The position numbers and the translations under genes are program-made. A model generated the notes under the pieces. That model searched no databases. It saw nothing but the letters and a program-made list of their open reading frames with translations, and was not told the origin of the DNA. Shown here piece after piece: positions 7,933 through 17,188 of a stretch of DNA of 26,663 bases (positions within the stretch are counted from its first letter, which is position 1; the number at the start of each line of letters is the position of its first letter). The DNA is from a virus (lineage: Duplodnaviria > Heunggongvirae > Uroviricota > Caudoviricetes). The DNA lies in the IMG/VR virus record IMGVR_UViG_3300033156_000141, positions 83,092 to 109,754 of that record; one strand, given 5' to 3'.

Positions 7933-9839
7933 GCTCAAAAGAACCAGATATAATGGTAGGAATCATGATCAAGAATGCAGAACAGTGGCTAGATGACTTT
8001 ACATCCAATCTAATGTCTTTATCTTATCCACACAATAAGCTTAGACTTGTGTTTATTTATGGAGATAGCAATGATCATACTCTGGACAAAATAAAGGACT
8101 TCAAGAACAAATCAGACTTCAAGATTGAAGTATACAAAGAACCAAGAAATAATTTGTTGAAGCTATATGGAACTCATGCAGCTGGATGTATTATTGATGA
8201 TTTCCAGAATCTAATGAATGACAATGAAGACTATTTTCTTATGATGGATACTCATATGTGTGAATTTCCAGATGACTATATAGAAAGACTACTAAACACA
8301 GATGCTGATATAGTAGCTCCATACGTCTGGAATGAAGCTAACAATTACTTCTATGATACATGGAGCTTTAGAATAGATAATGCTAGATTCTCTCCCAAGT
8401 CTCCACCTCTAGCTAGCTTTCCATTTGAAGTAGACTCTGTAGGTACTTCATGGCTAGCTGCTAGAGAACCATTTCTTCTAACTCCAGTAAATATCAATAT
8501 TCTAAGCTTCTTCTATAATGCCAGAAGTATGGGATACGACATAGTTACTAACCCAAAGATAGAAGTAAAACATGTAGATCTATTGAGTCATGGAATAGTC
8601 AAGCTACCTCCTCCTAGAGAGCTTGGATACTATCCAGATGGATGGGTAGACAATTCGTTTCCATTGATACCATATGAGAAACGTAGTAAAGATAGTTACT
8701 ATCGTTTAATCTATGACAATTTCAGAACTATGATAGAGATCAATGCTCTTAATGAGTTCAATTCTAATCCAGTACATACAAAGAAGGGACTAGAGTGGTG
8801 TTACAAGTTCCATGACATGAACATGTTCTTCTGTACAGCTGATAGGACAAAGATAAAGATAATGTATACCATTGAAATGTATCCAAGATACATTGAAGTT
8901 GAGCTATCAAACATATGTCCATTTAAGTGTAGGATGTGTGAAAGAACCTATCTAGATGAAGAGCCTAGACTAATGAGCTGGAAAGAATTTCTTCTTATTA
9001 TGAATAACTTTCCAGATCTAGCTCAAATGTCATTCACAGGGATAGGTGAAGCTTGGACTAATCCAATATTTCTGGACTGTATTAGATACATCAAAGAGAG
9101 AGGAGTATTCTTTGAACAATATGACAATATGCAGTTCATTACAAAGAAGAGAGCTGAGAAGCTGGTCAAGTATGGAGTGGAACGTATTATAATATCACTA
9201 GATGCAGCTACTAAAGAAACGTATGAAAATCTCAGAGTTGGACACAAGTGGGATAAAATGCTTGATGGACTAAGACACTTACAAAATGCCAAGAAGAAGC
9301 TAAAGTCTGTTTATCCTTCAATAGGTATTCATTTTGTTATCAATAAGTTCAATCAACACGAAGCTCTGAAAGCAATAGAGCTTGCTAAACAGTTAAATCT
9401 TGACTTTGTATTCTATAATAGATTATTACACAAGTATCCAGAGGTAGCTGATTTATACATGGAGATTCCAGATTCTTTAAGACAAGACATAATTGAAAAA
9501 GCTAATGAAGAAGGAGTTAGAGTCTCTATTAATCAACCAGCTCTTGGTAGATTACCACCACTTAATAGATGTGTAGCTTTATTCCAACCATTCTTCCTGG
9601 TGAATGGAGACGTAATTACATGTTGTGCTCAACATGAAGGTAATAGACGAAGATGGGAACAGTCTATGAGAATGGGTAATATATTTGAAGCTAAGGACTT
9701 TAGAAAGATATGGTATGGTCCCAGATATAGACACTTAAGACAGCTACTAATTCAGAATAGACTACCTGAATATTGTATTGACTGTCCTGTATATGAATGG
9801 AGAGGTCATAAAGTATACAAGGCAATTGATGAGAAATGA
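7929..9839 (+). CDS. Fusion: GT-A (GT2/Anp1-like) glycosyltransferase domain plus radical SAM domain with SPASM-like extension
   Basis: N-half IMVGIMIKNAEQWLDDF...FIYGDSNDHT...EVDSVGTS...IEVKH. C-half EVELSNICPFKCRMCER (CxxxCxxC), FTGIGEAW, IIISLDAATKETYENLR, then RC...NGDVITCC...MGNIF...CIDCP. Confidence 0.85.
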   Translation: MSSKEPDIMVGIMIKNAEQWLDDFTSNLMSLSYPHNKLRLVFIYGDSNDHTLDKIKDFKNKSDFKIEVYKEPRNNLLKLYGTHAAGCIIDDFQNLMNDNEDYFLMMDTHMCEFPDDYIERLLNTDADIVAPYVWNEANNYFYDTWSFRIDNARFSPKSPPLASFPFEVDSVGTSWLAAREPFLLTPVNINILSFFYNARSMGYDIVTNPKIEVKHVDLLSHGIVKLPPPRELGYYPDGWVDNSFPLIPYEKRSKDSYYRLIYDNFRTMIEINALNEFNSNPVHTKKGLEWCYKFHDMNMFFCTADRTKIKIMYTIEMYPRYIEVELSNICPFKCRMCERTYLDEEPRLMSWKEFLLIMNNFPDLAQMSFTGIGEAWTNPIFLDCIRYIKERGVFFEQYDNMQFITKKRAEKLVKYGVERIIISLDAATKETYENLRVGHKWDKMLDGLRHLQNAKKKLKSVYPSIGIHFVINKFNQHEALKAIELAKQLNLDFVFYNRLLHKYPEVADLYMEIPDSLRQDIIEKANEEGVRVSINQPALGRLPPLNRCVALFQPFFLVNGDVITCCAQHEGNRRRWEQSMRMGNIFEAKDFRKIWYGPRYRHLRQLLIQNRLPEYCIDCPVYEWRGHKVYKAIDEK

Positions 9840-10885
9840 ATGTATTAATATTGCATCCTTCATTCGAGATTTATGGAGGAGCTGAGCTAGCTATAGTAAA
9901 ACTTAGTAACTATCTTTTGTCTAGAGGACATGAAGTATCAATCAATACTTTAGCAATGTCTGATAAAATTAAAGATGAGCTCAATGGAATAAATCTAATT
10001 GTTTCTAAGTCATTTGAGCATATGAATCAGTTTGTACAGGACAATTTCAGTGACTATGATGTAATTAACTCTCATAATCATCCAGCAGAAACACTACTGT
10101 ATCCTAAGATTCATCCACATGTATGGAATCACAATGAACTACCAGAGTACGTGTTATGGGGATCATGTTTGTCACATTATGACAGAAATGTAGTAGTAGA
10201 ATCTGTAGACAAGATAATAGTCTTTTCTGAGTTCAATAGAAGAAGGGTTAAAGAGTTCTATGATATGGATTCAGTAGTCATTCCATTTGGAATAGATTCA
10301 GATCTATTCGATAGGTCAAAGGCTAATATAGAGAATGTTGAGAATGAGCTTGGAATCTCAGACAATGATTTCTTGATAGTTCATCCAGGATGGTTCTCTC
10401 CATTCAAGAATCAGTTTAGAATACTACTAATGTATTATAGACTCAAAGATAAGATTCCTAACATAAAGATAGTGTTTACTGGTATGACAAATACTAAATA
10501 TGCAGAAATGATAATCGATACTATAAAACAACATGACATGAAAGATATTATAATTCATAACAAAATTGGAAGAGAGATACTACGTGATATCTATGCTAGA
10601 TCTAGTGTGGTAGTGATTCCATATAGACAGCAGGGAGGGTTTCTATCTGCATTTCAAGCTATGGCTATGGAGTGTAACGTTATTGTGTCACCAGAGGCTC
10701 CATTCACAGACTTAGTAACTAGACACAATCTAGCTTTAGTAACTGATGCATTTGAAACTGTTATTTACAATTTGTATAGGGGAGAAATTGAGCTACCTAA
10801 GAATAGGAAATGGATAGAAAAGAATCTAACTTGGGACATTTATGGAGAGAAAGTAGAGTCTGTACTTAGAGAGGTATGTGAGTGA
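9836..10885 (+). CDS. Glycosyltransferase family 4 (GT-B)
   Basis: MNVLILHPSFEIYGGAELAIVKLSNYLLSRGHEV; VVIPFGIDSDLF; PFKNQ; IYARSSVVVIPYRQQGGFLSAFQAMAMEC (variant donor-binding motif lacking the first Glu). Confidence 0.85.
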   Translation: MNVLILHPSFEIYGGAELAIVKLSNYLLSRGHEVSINTLAMSDKIKDELNGINLIVSKSFEHMNQFVQDNFSDYDVINSHNHPAETLLYPKIHPHVWNHNELPEYVLWGSCLSHYDRNVVVESVDKIIVFSEFNRRRVKEFYDMDSVVIPFGIDSDLFDRSKANIENVENELGISDNDFLIVHPGWFSPFKNQFRILLMYYRLKDKIPNIKIVFTGMTNTKYAEMIIDTIKQHDMKDIIIHNKIGREILRDIYARSSVVVIPYRQQGGFLSAFQAMAMECNVIVSPEAPFTDLVTRHNLALVTDAFETVIYNLYRGEIELPKNRKWIEKNLTWDIYGEKVESVLREVCE

Positions 10886-11622
10886 TGTTCAGATACAGAT
10901 TACCTGGAAAGATGGAACCAGGTATTTGTGTAGTTAGCTTATGCTACAATGAGATAACCATTCTCCCAATTTATTATAGGTATGTAAGACAATTTGCTGA
11001 TACTTGGATAATACTTGATGATGGAAGCACAGATAGTAGTGTAGAATATATCAAGAGACTACAAGATAGAAAAGAACTGGATATAATGCTTATATCAAGA
11101 CCAGCATTTGATTTTACATTTCATAAAGTATTCTGGGCTAACTGGAATTATGTGATTGCTCGTAGTGACAGAGAATGGACTCTACTAGGATATTTGGATG
11201 AGATAGCTTATCCAAATCCAAGACAATACTTTGAAGAGATGATGAATGAAAAAGCTGTATGGATGATACCAAGAGAAGAAATAGTGTCTCTTAATCCATT
11301 CAAATCTTTAGGTACAGAAGGACCTTTTGTAAGATTCTTTCCAACTGGAACAGTATTCTTTGAAGCTAAACCACGTTCAGTTCACATAGAAGTTCCTATT
11401 GTTAAATCAGATATCGATACAAAAGTAGCAGACTTCAAGATGTATCATATAGGAAGATGTAGAGAAATCTCTCATATCAGAGAGAAGGAGAAATCATATG
11501 AAGCTTGTGGACATACTGTTCTAACATCTAGATATAATGAAGAACTTAGAACTGATGATATTATAAAAGCTAAAGAAATAGATGACAATGGATTTGTTAA
11601 TTGGTTGTTTGGTGGTGAATAA
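10882..11622 (+). CDS. Glycosyltransferase family 2-like (GT-A)
   Basis: ICVVSLCYNE...IILDDGSTDSS; YLDE as a degenerate DxD; late MYHIG motif. Confidence 0.75.
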   Translation: MMFRYRLPGKMEPGICVVSLCYNEITILPIYYRYVRQFADTWIILDDGSTDSSVEYIKRLQDRKELDIMLISRPAFDFTFHKVFWANWNYVIARSDREWTLLGYLDEIAYPNPRQYFEEMMNEKAVWMIPREEIVSLNPFKSLGTEGPFVRFFPTGTVFFEAKPRSVHIEVPIVKSDIDTKVADFKMYHIGRCREISHIREKEKSYEACGHTVLTSRYNEELRTDDIIKAKEIDDNGFVNWLFGGE

Positions 11623-12456
11623 ATGAACAAGTATCTCAGAGTTCTCAGACCAGAACAATGGTACAAGAATGTTCTGGTATTTTCGCCTCTCTTATTATCA
11701 GGAGACATCCTGAATGTTAGTAACTATCCTTTACTTATATTATCATTTATTTCATTATGTGTTATGTCTGGAATCATCTATATTATAAACGATTTATGTG
11801 ATTACGATAGTGACAGAATAAATCCAGAGAAACAACATAGACCTATAGCTTCTGGAGAGATATCACTTGACAGAGCTCTAATTTATTCAATGATACTGTT
11901 TCTACCTTTGGCAATTATTGCTGTAAAAGTGCCATTAACATTTGTTTTCTGTATTTTCATTAATGGTTCATTATATAATCTTATATTCAAGAAGCATGAA
12001 CTACTAGATATTATATCTCTTTCTAGTAACTATGTTTTTAGAGTACTTCAAGGATACTTAGTTACTAACATTGAACCAGATAATTATTTGTTGATATGTG
12101 TCTTCTTATTTGCTATGATGATGTCATCTGGTAAGAGAATAGGAGAATACAAGTTACTTAAAAACAAATCACGTGAACACAGAACTACTCTTACAGAAGA
12201 GTATGTTGCATTACTAGAAACGATTCTGCCTATTAATTGTGCCATGTTCATGGTCTTTATGTTGATAATACTTGAACAAATGTCAATCTATATTCTACCA
12301 CTAATTTCTTATCTTATTGGAAGATACATAATGTTAATAAACAAAGATCCATACAAGATAAGAAATCCACAAGCTCTGTTTAGAGACAAAATGTTTAGAT
12401 ACATTTTCATCCTTACATGTCTGATTATCTTATTGGGAGTAGGAGACATAATATGA
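11623..12456 (+). CDS. UbiA-family prenyltransferase, polyprenyl-phosphate phosphoribosyltransferase-like
   Basis: LRPEQWYKNVLVF start; Asp-rich YIINDLCDYDSDRINPEKQHRPIASG; KRIGE motif; multiple transmembrane helices. Confidence 0.9.
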   Translation: MNKYLRVLRPEQWYKNVLVFSPLLLSGDILNVSNYPLLILSFISLCVMSGIIYIINDLCDYDSDRINPEKQHRPIASGEISLDRALIYSMILFLPLAIIAVKVPLTFVFCIFINGSLYNLIFKKHELLDIISLSSNYVFRVLQGYLVTNIEPDNYLLICVFLFAMMMSSGKRIGEYKLLKNKSREHRTTLTEEYVALLETILPINCAMFMVFMLIILEQMSIYILPLISYLIGRYIMLINKDPYKIRNPQALFRDKMFRYIFILTCLIILLGVGDII

Positions 12457-13517
12457 TATCTTTGGTAATACCAGTCAAGAATGAGGAGAAAAGTATTGGA
12501 ACTATAATAGAAGATGCTATGAGATATGATGAGATTAAAGAAATTATAGTAGTTGATAATGCATCTACAGATAGAACAGTAGAGATAGCTAGTAAATATC
12601 CTGTTCTTCTTATTAAACACGAAAGAGATCTTGGTTACATGAGATCAATTCAAGATGGATGTGCAGCTGCTTCATGTGATAGAATTCTAGTTATGGATGG
12701 TGATGGTCAATATAAGATAGACAGATCTATATTTGAAGTTGATGGAGATCTGGTTACTGGAGCTAAGATCGAAAGAAAAGATAGCTTTCTTAGAATCCTA
12801 CTTTCGAGAATCATGAATATGATAGTTGGAGCTTTATTTGGTTTGGATCTTAGAGATAGTAACTGTGGTTATAAGCTAATAAAGAGAGATCTACTCTGGG
12901 TGGTAATGAATCTTAATAAACTTGAATATACACCACATACGGAGCTTTGTCTCATGGCACATAGGTATGGCTATGACATTAAAGAGTTCCCTGTTTATCA
13001 CTATCCCAGACAATATGGTAAGAGTAAAATCTTTACTAATTTACTAAAGTCTGGAGTATCTACTTTCATTGGATTACTGAAGATTTGGTATGAAGATAAG
13101 AAAGACTTGATATCTGGATTCATACGTTCTAGGATACGGAACATTAAAAATAGTAACTATTCAAGAGTATTAAATCATTTATATGTTGGTGGAAAAGGAT
13201 ATAAAGAATTTCCTATAGAGATAGATGCTAGAGTTCAGATGGATGAAGGAATATATGTATATCCGTTTATCCTGGATGGATATGTCAATACACTAGGTGT
13301 GAATTTAGCGTATAGGAAGGATGTTCTAGTATTCTGTGATAAAGGAAGAGGAAGGTCTGTAATGGTTATATGTGGATATCTAATAAAGTTTCTAAGAATG
13401 TCATGGATTCAAGCTTATAGATTTGTAAAGGATAAACATCCTCAAGCTTATCTAACTAGAGAACAGTTCAGATCATTAAGAGAATATGAAAGATACATAA
13501 GGAGAAAGATAGGATGA
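12453..13517 (+). CDS. Fusion: GT2 (dolichol/polyprenol-phosphate glycosyltransferase-like) plus C-terminal dual-specificity phosphatase
   Basis: Start placed at ATG 12453 (AGGAG RBS, ATGA overlap) rather than the track's 12417. ISLVIPVKNEE, VVDNASTDRT, MDGDGQY, RDSNCGYKL, then YSRVLNHLYVGG and the CX5R loop VFCDKGRGRS. Confidence 0.85.
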   Translation: MISLVIPVKNEEKSIGTIIEDAMRYDEIKEIIVVDNASTDRTVEIASKYPVLLIKHERDLGYMRSIQDGCAAASCDRILVMDGDGQYKIDRSIFEVDGDLVTGAKIERKDSFLRILLSRIMNMIVGALFGLDLRDSNCGYKLIKRDLLWVVMNLNKLEYTPHTELCLMAHRYGYDIKEFPVYHYPRQYGKSKIFTNLLKSGVSTFIGLLKIWYEDKKDLISGFIRSRIRNIKNSNYSRVLNHLYVGGKGYKEFPIEIDARVQMDEGIYVYPFILDGYVNTLGVNLAYRKDVLVFCDKGRGRSVMVICGYLIKFLRMSWIQAYRFVKDKHPQAYLTREQFRSLREYERYIRRKIG

Positions 13518-14411
13518 ATGTGCTTATTACAGGCTATCCAGGTTGGTTATGTACGAGACTAGTTGAGAGAATACTAAAAGAACACAAAGACTGGAACCTA
13601 AGATGTCTAGTTCTTAGAGGATCTCTTAATCCATTGAAAGTTGACACAGTTACTGGTGATGTCAGAGAACTTTATACTCTCATTGAAGCAACAAGAGACA
13701 TTGATTTAGTTATTCATGCAGCTCAAGGCTTGTGAACAAAACAACGTAAAGAGAATCATCTACATTTCAAGCAACTCAGCTGTAGGATACAGTAAAGAAA
13801 AGACATTAATGGATGAAGGTACGTTTAGAGAACCATACATGTCATATGGAAAAAGTAAATGGCTAGCTGAAGAATATGTAAGAGGATATTGGGAATCTAG
13901 AAAGATTGAAGGAATAATCTTGAATCCTTGCTGGTATTATGGACCCAATCAACCAGAACGTCAGACTAAACTATTTAAAATGATAAAGTCTGGTAGACCA
14001 ATAGTCTTTGGTGATGGTAGAAATCTCAGATCTATGACTTATATTGACAATCTTATAGATGCTATTTTCTTAGCAGCTGAAAGTGATACTTGGAATACAA
14101 CATACTGGATAGCAGATGAAAGACCTTATACCACAATTGAAATCTATGAAACAATAGCTGAGTTACTTGGAGTAGATATCAAACCTATTCATATCCCTTC
14201 ATTTACATCCTCAGCATTTAGACTTCTTGATAGAGTTTTACAGAAAGTTGGTATATATTCATCCTATATTCATGTAGCTGGAGAGATGACACTCAATATT
14301 GCTTGTGATATCTCAAAAGCTAAAAGAGAACTTGGATATGAACCAAAAATATCATTAAGGGAAGGAATGTATGAATCAATAAAATGGTGTAAGAGGAAGA
14401 ATCTGATTTGA
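13514..14411 (+). pseudogene. NAD-dependent epimerase/dehydratase (extended SDR) split by an internal deletion and frameshift
   Basis: 13514-13735 encodes the Rossmann start (TGYPGWLC...VIHAA). 13716-14411 continues in another frame with LKACEQNNVKRIIYISS, YGKSK and NPCWYYGP. The intervening ~20-25 residues (including the NxxGT motif) present in the adjacent paralogue are missing. Confidence 0.75.
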
Positions 14412-15391
14412 GAGTCCTAATAACTGGTGGATCAGGCTTTATTGGTTCAGAGCTTGCTAGAAAATTAGTCATTAATCACAAAGTAGTAACAGTCGATTTA
14501 CTAGATGAACCATTTTCTCACCCCAATTTAACACATCTCAGAATGGACTTTAGAAAGATAGATGAAAAGATACTAAGGAATATAGATGTTGTATATCATT
14601 TGGCAGCTAGACTTCCAGTTGAAAAATTAAAGTTTAGTGACTATCTCAAGACAAATGTAAATGGAACTGATCTTCTACTTACCAAATCCGTAAATACTGA
14701 TGTTAGACGTTTTATATTTGTATCATCTTCAGCTATCTATGCTGGAACTCCAAGTCCAATAACAGAAGAGTCAGAACCTATACCTATAGAACCTTATGGC
14801 AAGTCTAAGCTATTTGCTGAGTGGTGTTGTGAGTTTGCAAGAGAAACAGAGGACTTGAATGTATCTATTGTAAGACCTAGAACAGTAATAGGAAGAAATA
14901 GACTTGGCATTCTTTATCTCCTAATCTATTGGATAAAGAACAACAAGAATGTATATCTTATTGGCAATGGTAGAAACAAATTTCAGCTACTATCTCTTGA
15001 TGATCTAGTTAATGCTCTTGAGCTACTAATCTATAGAGGATTTTATCAGGATTTCAATCTTGGAACAGACAAATTTGATACATTAATTGAAGATATTCAA
15101 AGTCTTATCAAAAAAGTAGGATCAGAATCGGATATAGTATGTCTTCCATCATTTTCAAAATATCTAGGTCTTTTGATTGATCCATTGATTCCAGTTGCTA
15201 AATGGCATTATATGACTTTGGACAGAGACTTCTACTTTGATATTACTCATGCGAATGATGAGTTAGGATGGTATCCAAAAGACTCAAACTTAGACATGCT
15301 TATTCAAGCTTACAATACGTTTAATATTTCAAGTCAATCTTCTGTTCATTTATCTCCAATTAACTTGAAAATATTGAAGTGGTTGCCTTGA
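14408..15391 (+). CDS. NAD-dependent epimerase/dehydratase (extended SDR)
   Basis: TGGSGFIGS, YHLAA, TNVNGT, FVSSSAIY, catalytic YGKSK, VRPRTVIG. TTG start overlapping the upstream TGA. Confidence 0.92.
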   Translation: MRVLITGGSGFIGSELARKLVINHKVVTVDLLDEPFSHPNLTHLRMDFRKIDEKILRNIDVVYHLAARLPVEKLKFSDYLKTNVNGTDLLLTKSVNTDVRRFIFVSSSAIYAGTPSPITEESEPIPIEPYGKSKLFAEWCCEFARETEDLNVSIVRPRTVIGRNRLGILYLLIYWIKNNKNVYLIGNGRNKFQLLSLDDLVNALELLIYRGFYQDFNLGTDKFDTLIEDIQSLIKKVGSESDIVCLPSFSKYLGLLIDPLIPVAKWHYMTLDRDFYFDITHANDELGWYPKDSNLDMLIQAYNTFNISSQSSVHLSPINLKILKWLP

Positions 15392-15702
15392 AGAAGAAAG
15401 TAACATGTCCTAGATGTGGATGTAAGAAAGTTAAAATCCTAAGATATGTCTATGAATGTAAGTCATGTCATTACAAATGGTCAAAGAGAAATAAGAAATC
15501 AGTCAGAAATCATCTGGTAAATAGCAGTATATCTTATACCACGAGCATAGAGAATGTTCCTTACACTACTTATAGGACTAATAACAGAAGAATCTACTCT
15601 CTTAATTCCAGAGATATTAACCCTTTCCTTGAACAGAGCTCTATCAACATAGGAGACTATATCATCAAGTTCATTTGGATACCTACTATAGACCATTACT
15701 AG
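15388..15702 (+). CDS. Small zinc-ribbon protein; 3' two-thirds run antisense into the tail-terminator-like gene
   Basis: TTGA coupling to the epimerase stop. CPRCG...YECKSCHYKW followed by basic KRNKK. The remainder (15499-15702) overlaps the minus-strand gene and may be incidental. Confidence 0.5.
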   Translation: MKKKVTCPRCGCKKVKILRYVYECKSCHYKWSKRNKKSVRNHLVNSSISYTTSIENVPYTTYRTNNRRIYSLNSRDINPFLEQSSINIGDYIIKFIWIPTIDHY

Positions 15703-16389
15703 TATTTCTAGCCAATATTCTGATAGTCTTCTATCTATCCATCTCTGATTGACTCTTCTACCTATAACATCAACAGCTATTCTTGGATATGAATTCAGGC
15801 TTAGGTCAGCTCTTGGATATGATGTATAAATCCAATTTGGAGTATCCACATCAAAATATAAATCAACATTCAAGCTTGACCATGAATCACCTGATTCTCT
15901 ATATAGACTAGTACCAATCCAATAGTGACTGTCAACACTGTCTTTACCAATTGCATAGCAATCTGTAGTAGAAGATGTGTTTAATGGAGAAACTACTATC
16001 CAGTATTCAGTATTTGAACCAAGCATTGAAGTTATAGGAATATTAGCTGAAACAGTGTCTAGAGTACTTGAAACATCAGAAGCTGAAATTGTATAAGCTC
16101 CCAAAGTAGAACCAGATGGAACATTATTAGAACTAGATTGTAGTGAAACAACTATATCATCATCTGGAGTTCCTATTTTCTTAAGCTTGATAGTTACTGG
16201 TACTGTGTTTGAATATGGAGTTATGTTTCTATAAAATTTTGAATATGGTTTGAATGACTGAGCTACTTCTATAATGTTCAATGTAGTGGATAATGTGTGT
16301 TCTTCAGAACCATAGAGACACTGAGGATAGAGATAAGCTCTAAGTGTGTCTCTAATTGAAGCTTTTATAGATTCCAGATCAAATGGCAT
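15499..16389 (-). CDS. Tail terminator/completion-like protein with an inserted Ser/Thr-rich beta-domain
   Basis: AGGTGA RBS favours ATG at 16389. N-terminal helix FDLESIKASIRDTL and C-terminal WIYTSYPRADLSLNSYPRIAVDV...LEILVMVYSRYPNELDDIVSYVDRALF resemble terminator proteins. Last gene of the neck block. Confidence 0.58.
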   Translation of the reverse strand: MPFDLESIKASIRDTLRAYLYPQCLYGSEEHTLSTTLNIIEVAQSFKPYSKFYRNITPYSNTVPVTIKLKKIGTPDDDIVVSLQSSSNNVPSGSTLGAYTISASDVSSTLDTVSANIPITSMLGSNTEYWIVVSPLNTSSTTDCYAIGKDSVDSHYWIGTSLYRESGDSWSSLNVDLYFDVDTPNWIYTSYPRADLSLNSYPRIAVDVIGRRVNQRWIDRRLSEYWLEILVMVYSRYPNELDDIVSYVDRALFKERVNISGIKRVDSSVISPISSVRNILYARGIRYTAIYQMISD

Positions 16390-16394
16390 ATTTA

Positions 16395-16811
16395 TCACCT
16401 CAAGATTCTTAAAATACTCTCTTTTATGGATAAAGCTATTTTATCTTTCCATCCTCTAAATATTTGCATTAGCTCACCAGCTGTGATCCATCCAATTGGC
16501 TGAGTACCACCTTCTCTTCCTTTGTTTTTGATCAAATCAACTACGTAACACTTTGAACGATAAACCATTACTTGCTCACTAAGCATGATTTTCTTCTCTC
16601 TTTCTACACGATATTCAGGAGATATTGGTCTTATTAGTACTTCTAGATTTGCTAGATTGGCAACTACTACATATTCCATAATTGAACGTTGGTTTATTTC
16701 ATCAAGCATATCTCTACATCCATCAAAAGCTCCCTCAATTGTAGCTCTAGCTAGGTTGTTAATTAAATTTTGAAGTTTTTTATCTGTAAATTCAAGACTT
16801 CCTTTTATCAT
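16395..16811 (-). CDS. Putative neck/tail-completion protein (HK97 gp10-like position)
   Basis: Position between closure and terminator genes, 138 aa, N-terminal KKLQNLINNLARATIEGAF helix. Call is mainly by synteny. Confidence 0.42.
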   Translation of the reverse strand: MIKGSLEFTDKKLQNLINNLARATIEGAFDGCRDMLDEINQRSIMEYVVVANLANLEVLIRPISPEYRVEREKKIMLSEQVMVYRSKCYVVDLIKNKGREGGTQPIGWITAGELMQIFRGWKDKIALSIKESILRILR

Positions 16812-17188
16812 TCAATCTCACCACTATCTCTTCCTACTATAAGTTCGATATAAGCTACATTGTTTAGATCCCAGTGTTTAACTATTGAACGTATTCTCCA
16901 AATAGTGTTATCAGGAAGTTTAACCTTGTCCTGTGTAGAAACAGTGACTGTATTTGGTACACATATTGAGTAATCTCCTTCTACTCTATAACCAACGATC
17001 TCCCATACTTCCATAAGACCAGTAACTGGAATTATCCAACCTTTGGTTACTATCGTATCATAACAGCTCTCACTTTCAATTATACCATTCTCATCTGTAG
17101 AGATAGTGTATCTGTAAATTGTAATATCTTGACCATAAAGTTCTATAAGCTTGTTCTGATGCCATGAAGTGTCCATTACAGAGCTCAT
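16808..17188 (-). CDS. Head-closure (SPP1 gp16-like) protein
   Basis: 126 aa beta-rich; LYGQDITIYRY...DENG...GDYSICVP...TQDKVKLPDNTIWRIRSI. Directly follows the connector with ATGA overlap. Confidence 0.62.
   Translation of the reverse strand: MSSVMDTSWHQNKLIELYGQDITIYRYTISTDENGIIESESCYDTIVTKGWIIPVTGLMEVWEIVGYRVEGDYSICVPNTVTVSTQDKVKLPDNTIWRIRSIVKHWDLNNVAYIELIVGRDSGEIE

Noticed and set aside
8870-9839. Radical SAM domain as the missing NrdG activase
   Set aside because: It has a SPASM-like extension, is fused to a glycosyltransferase and sits inside the sugar operon; it lacks the short NrdG-type layout.
13716-14411. Independent 231-aa gene or programmed frameshift
   Set aside because: No RBS, lacks the NAD-binding N-terminus, no slippery run at the junction, and essential residues are missing altogether.
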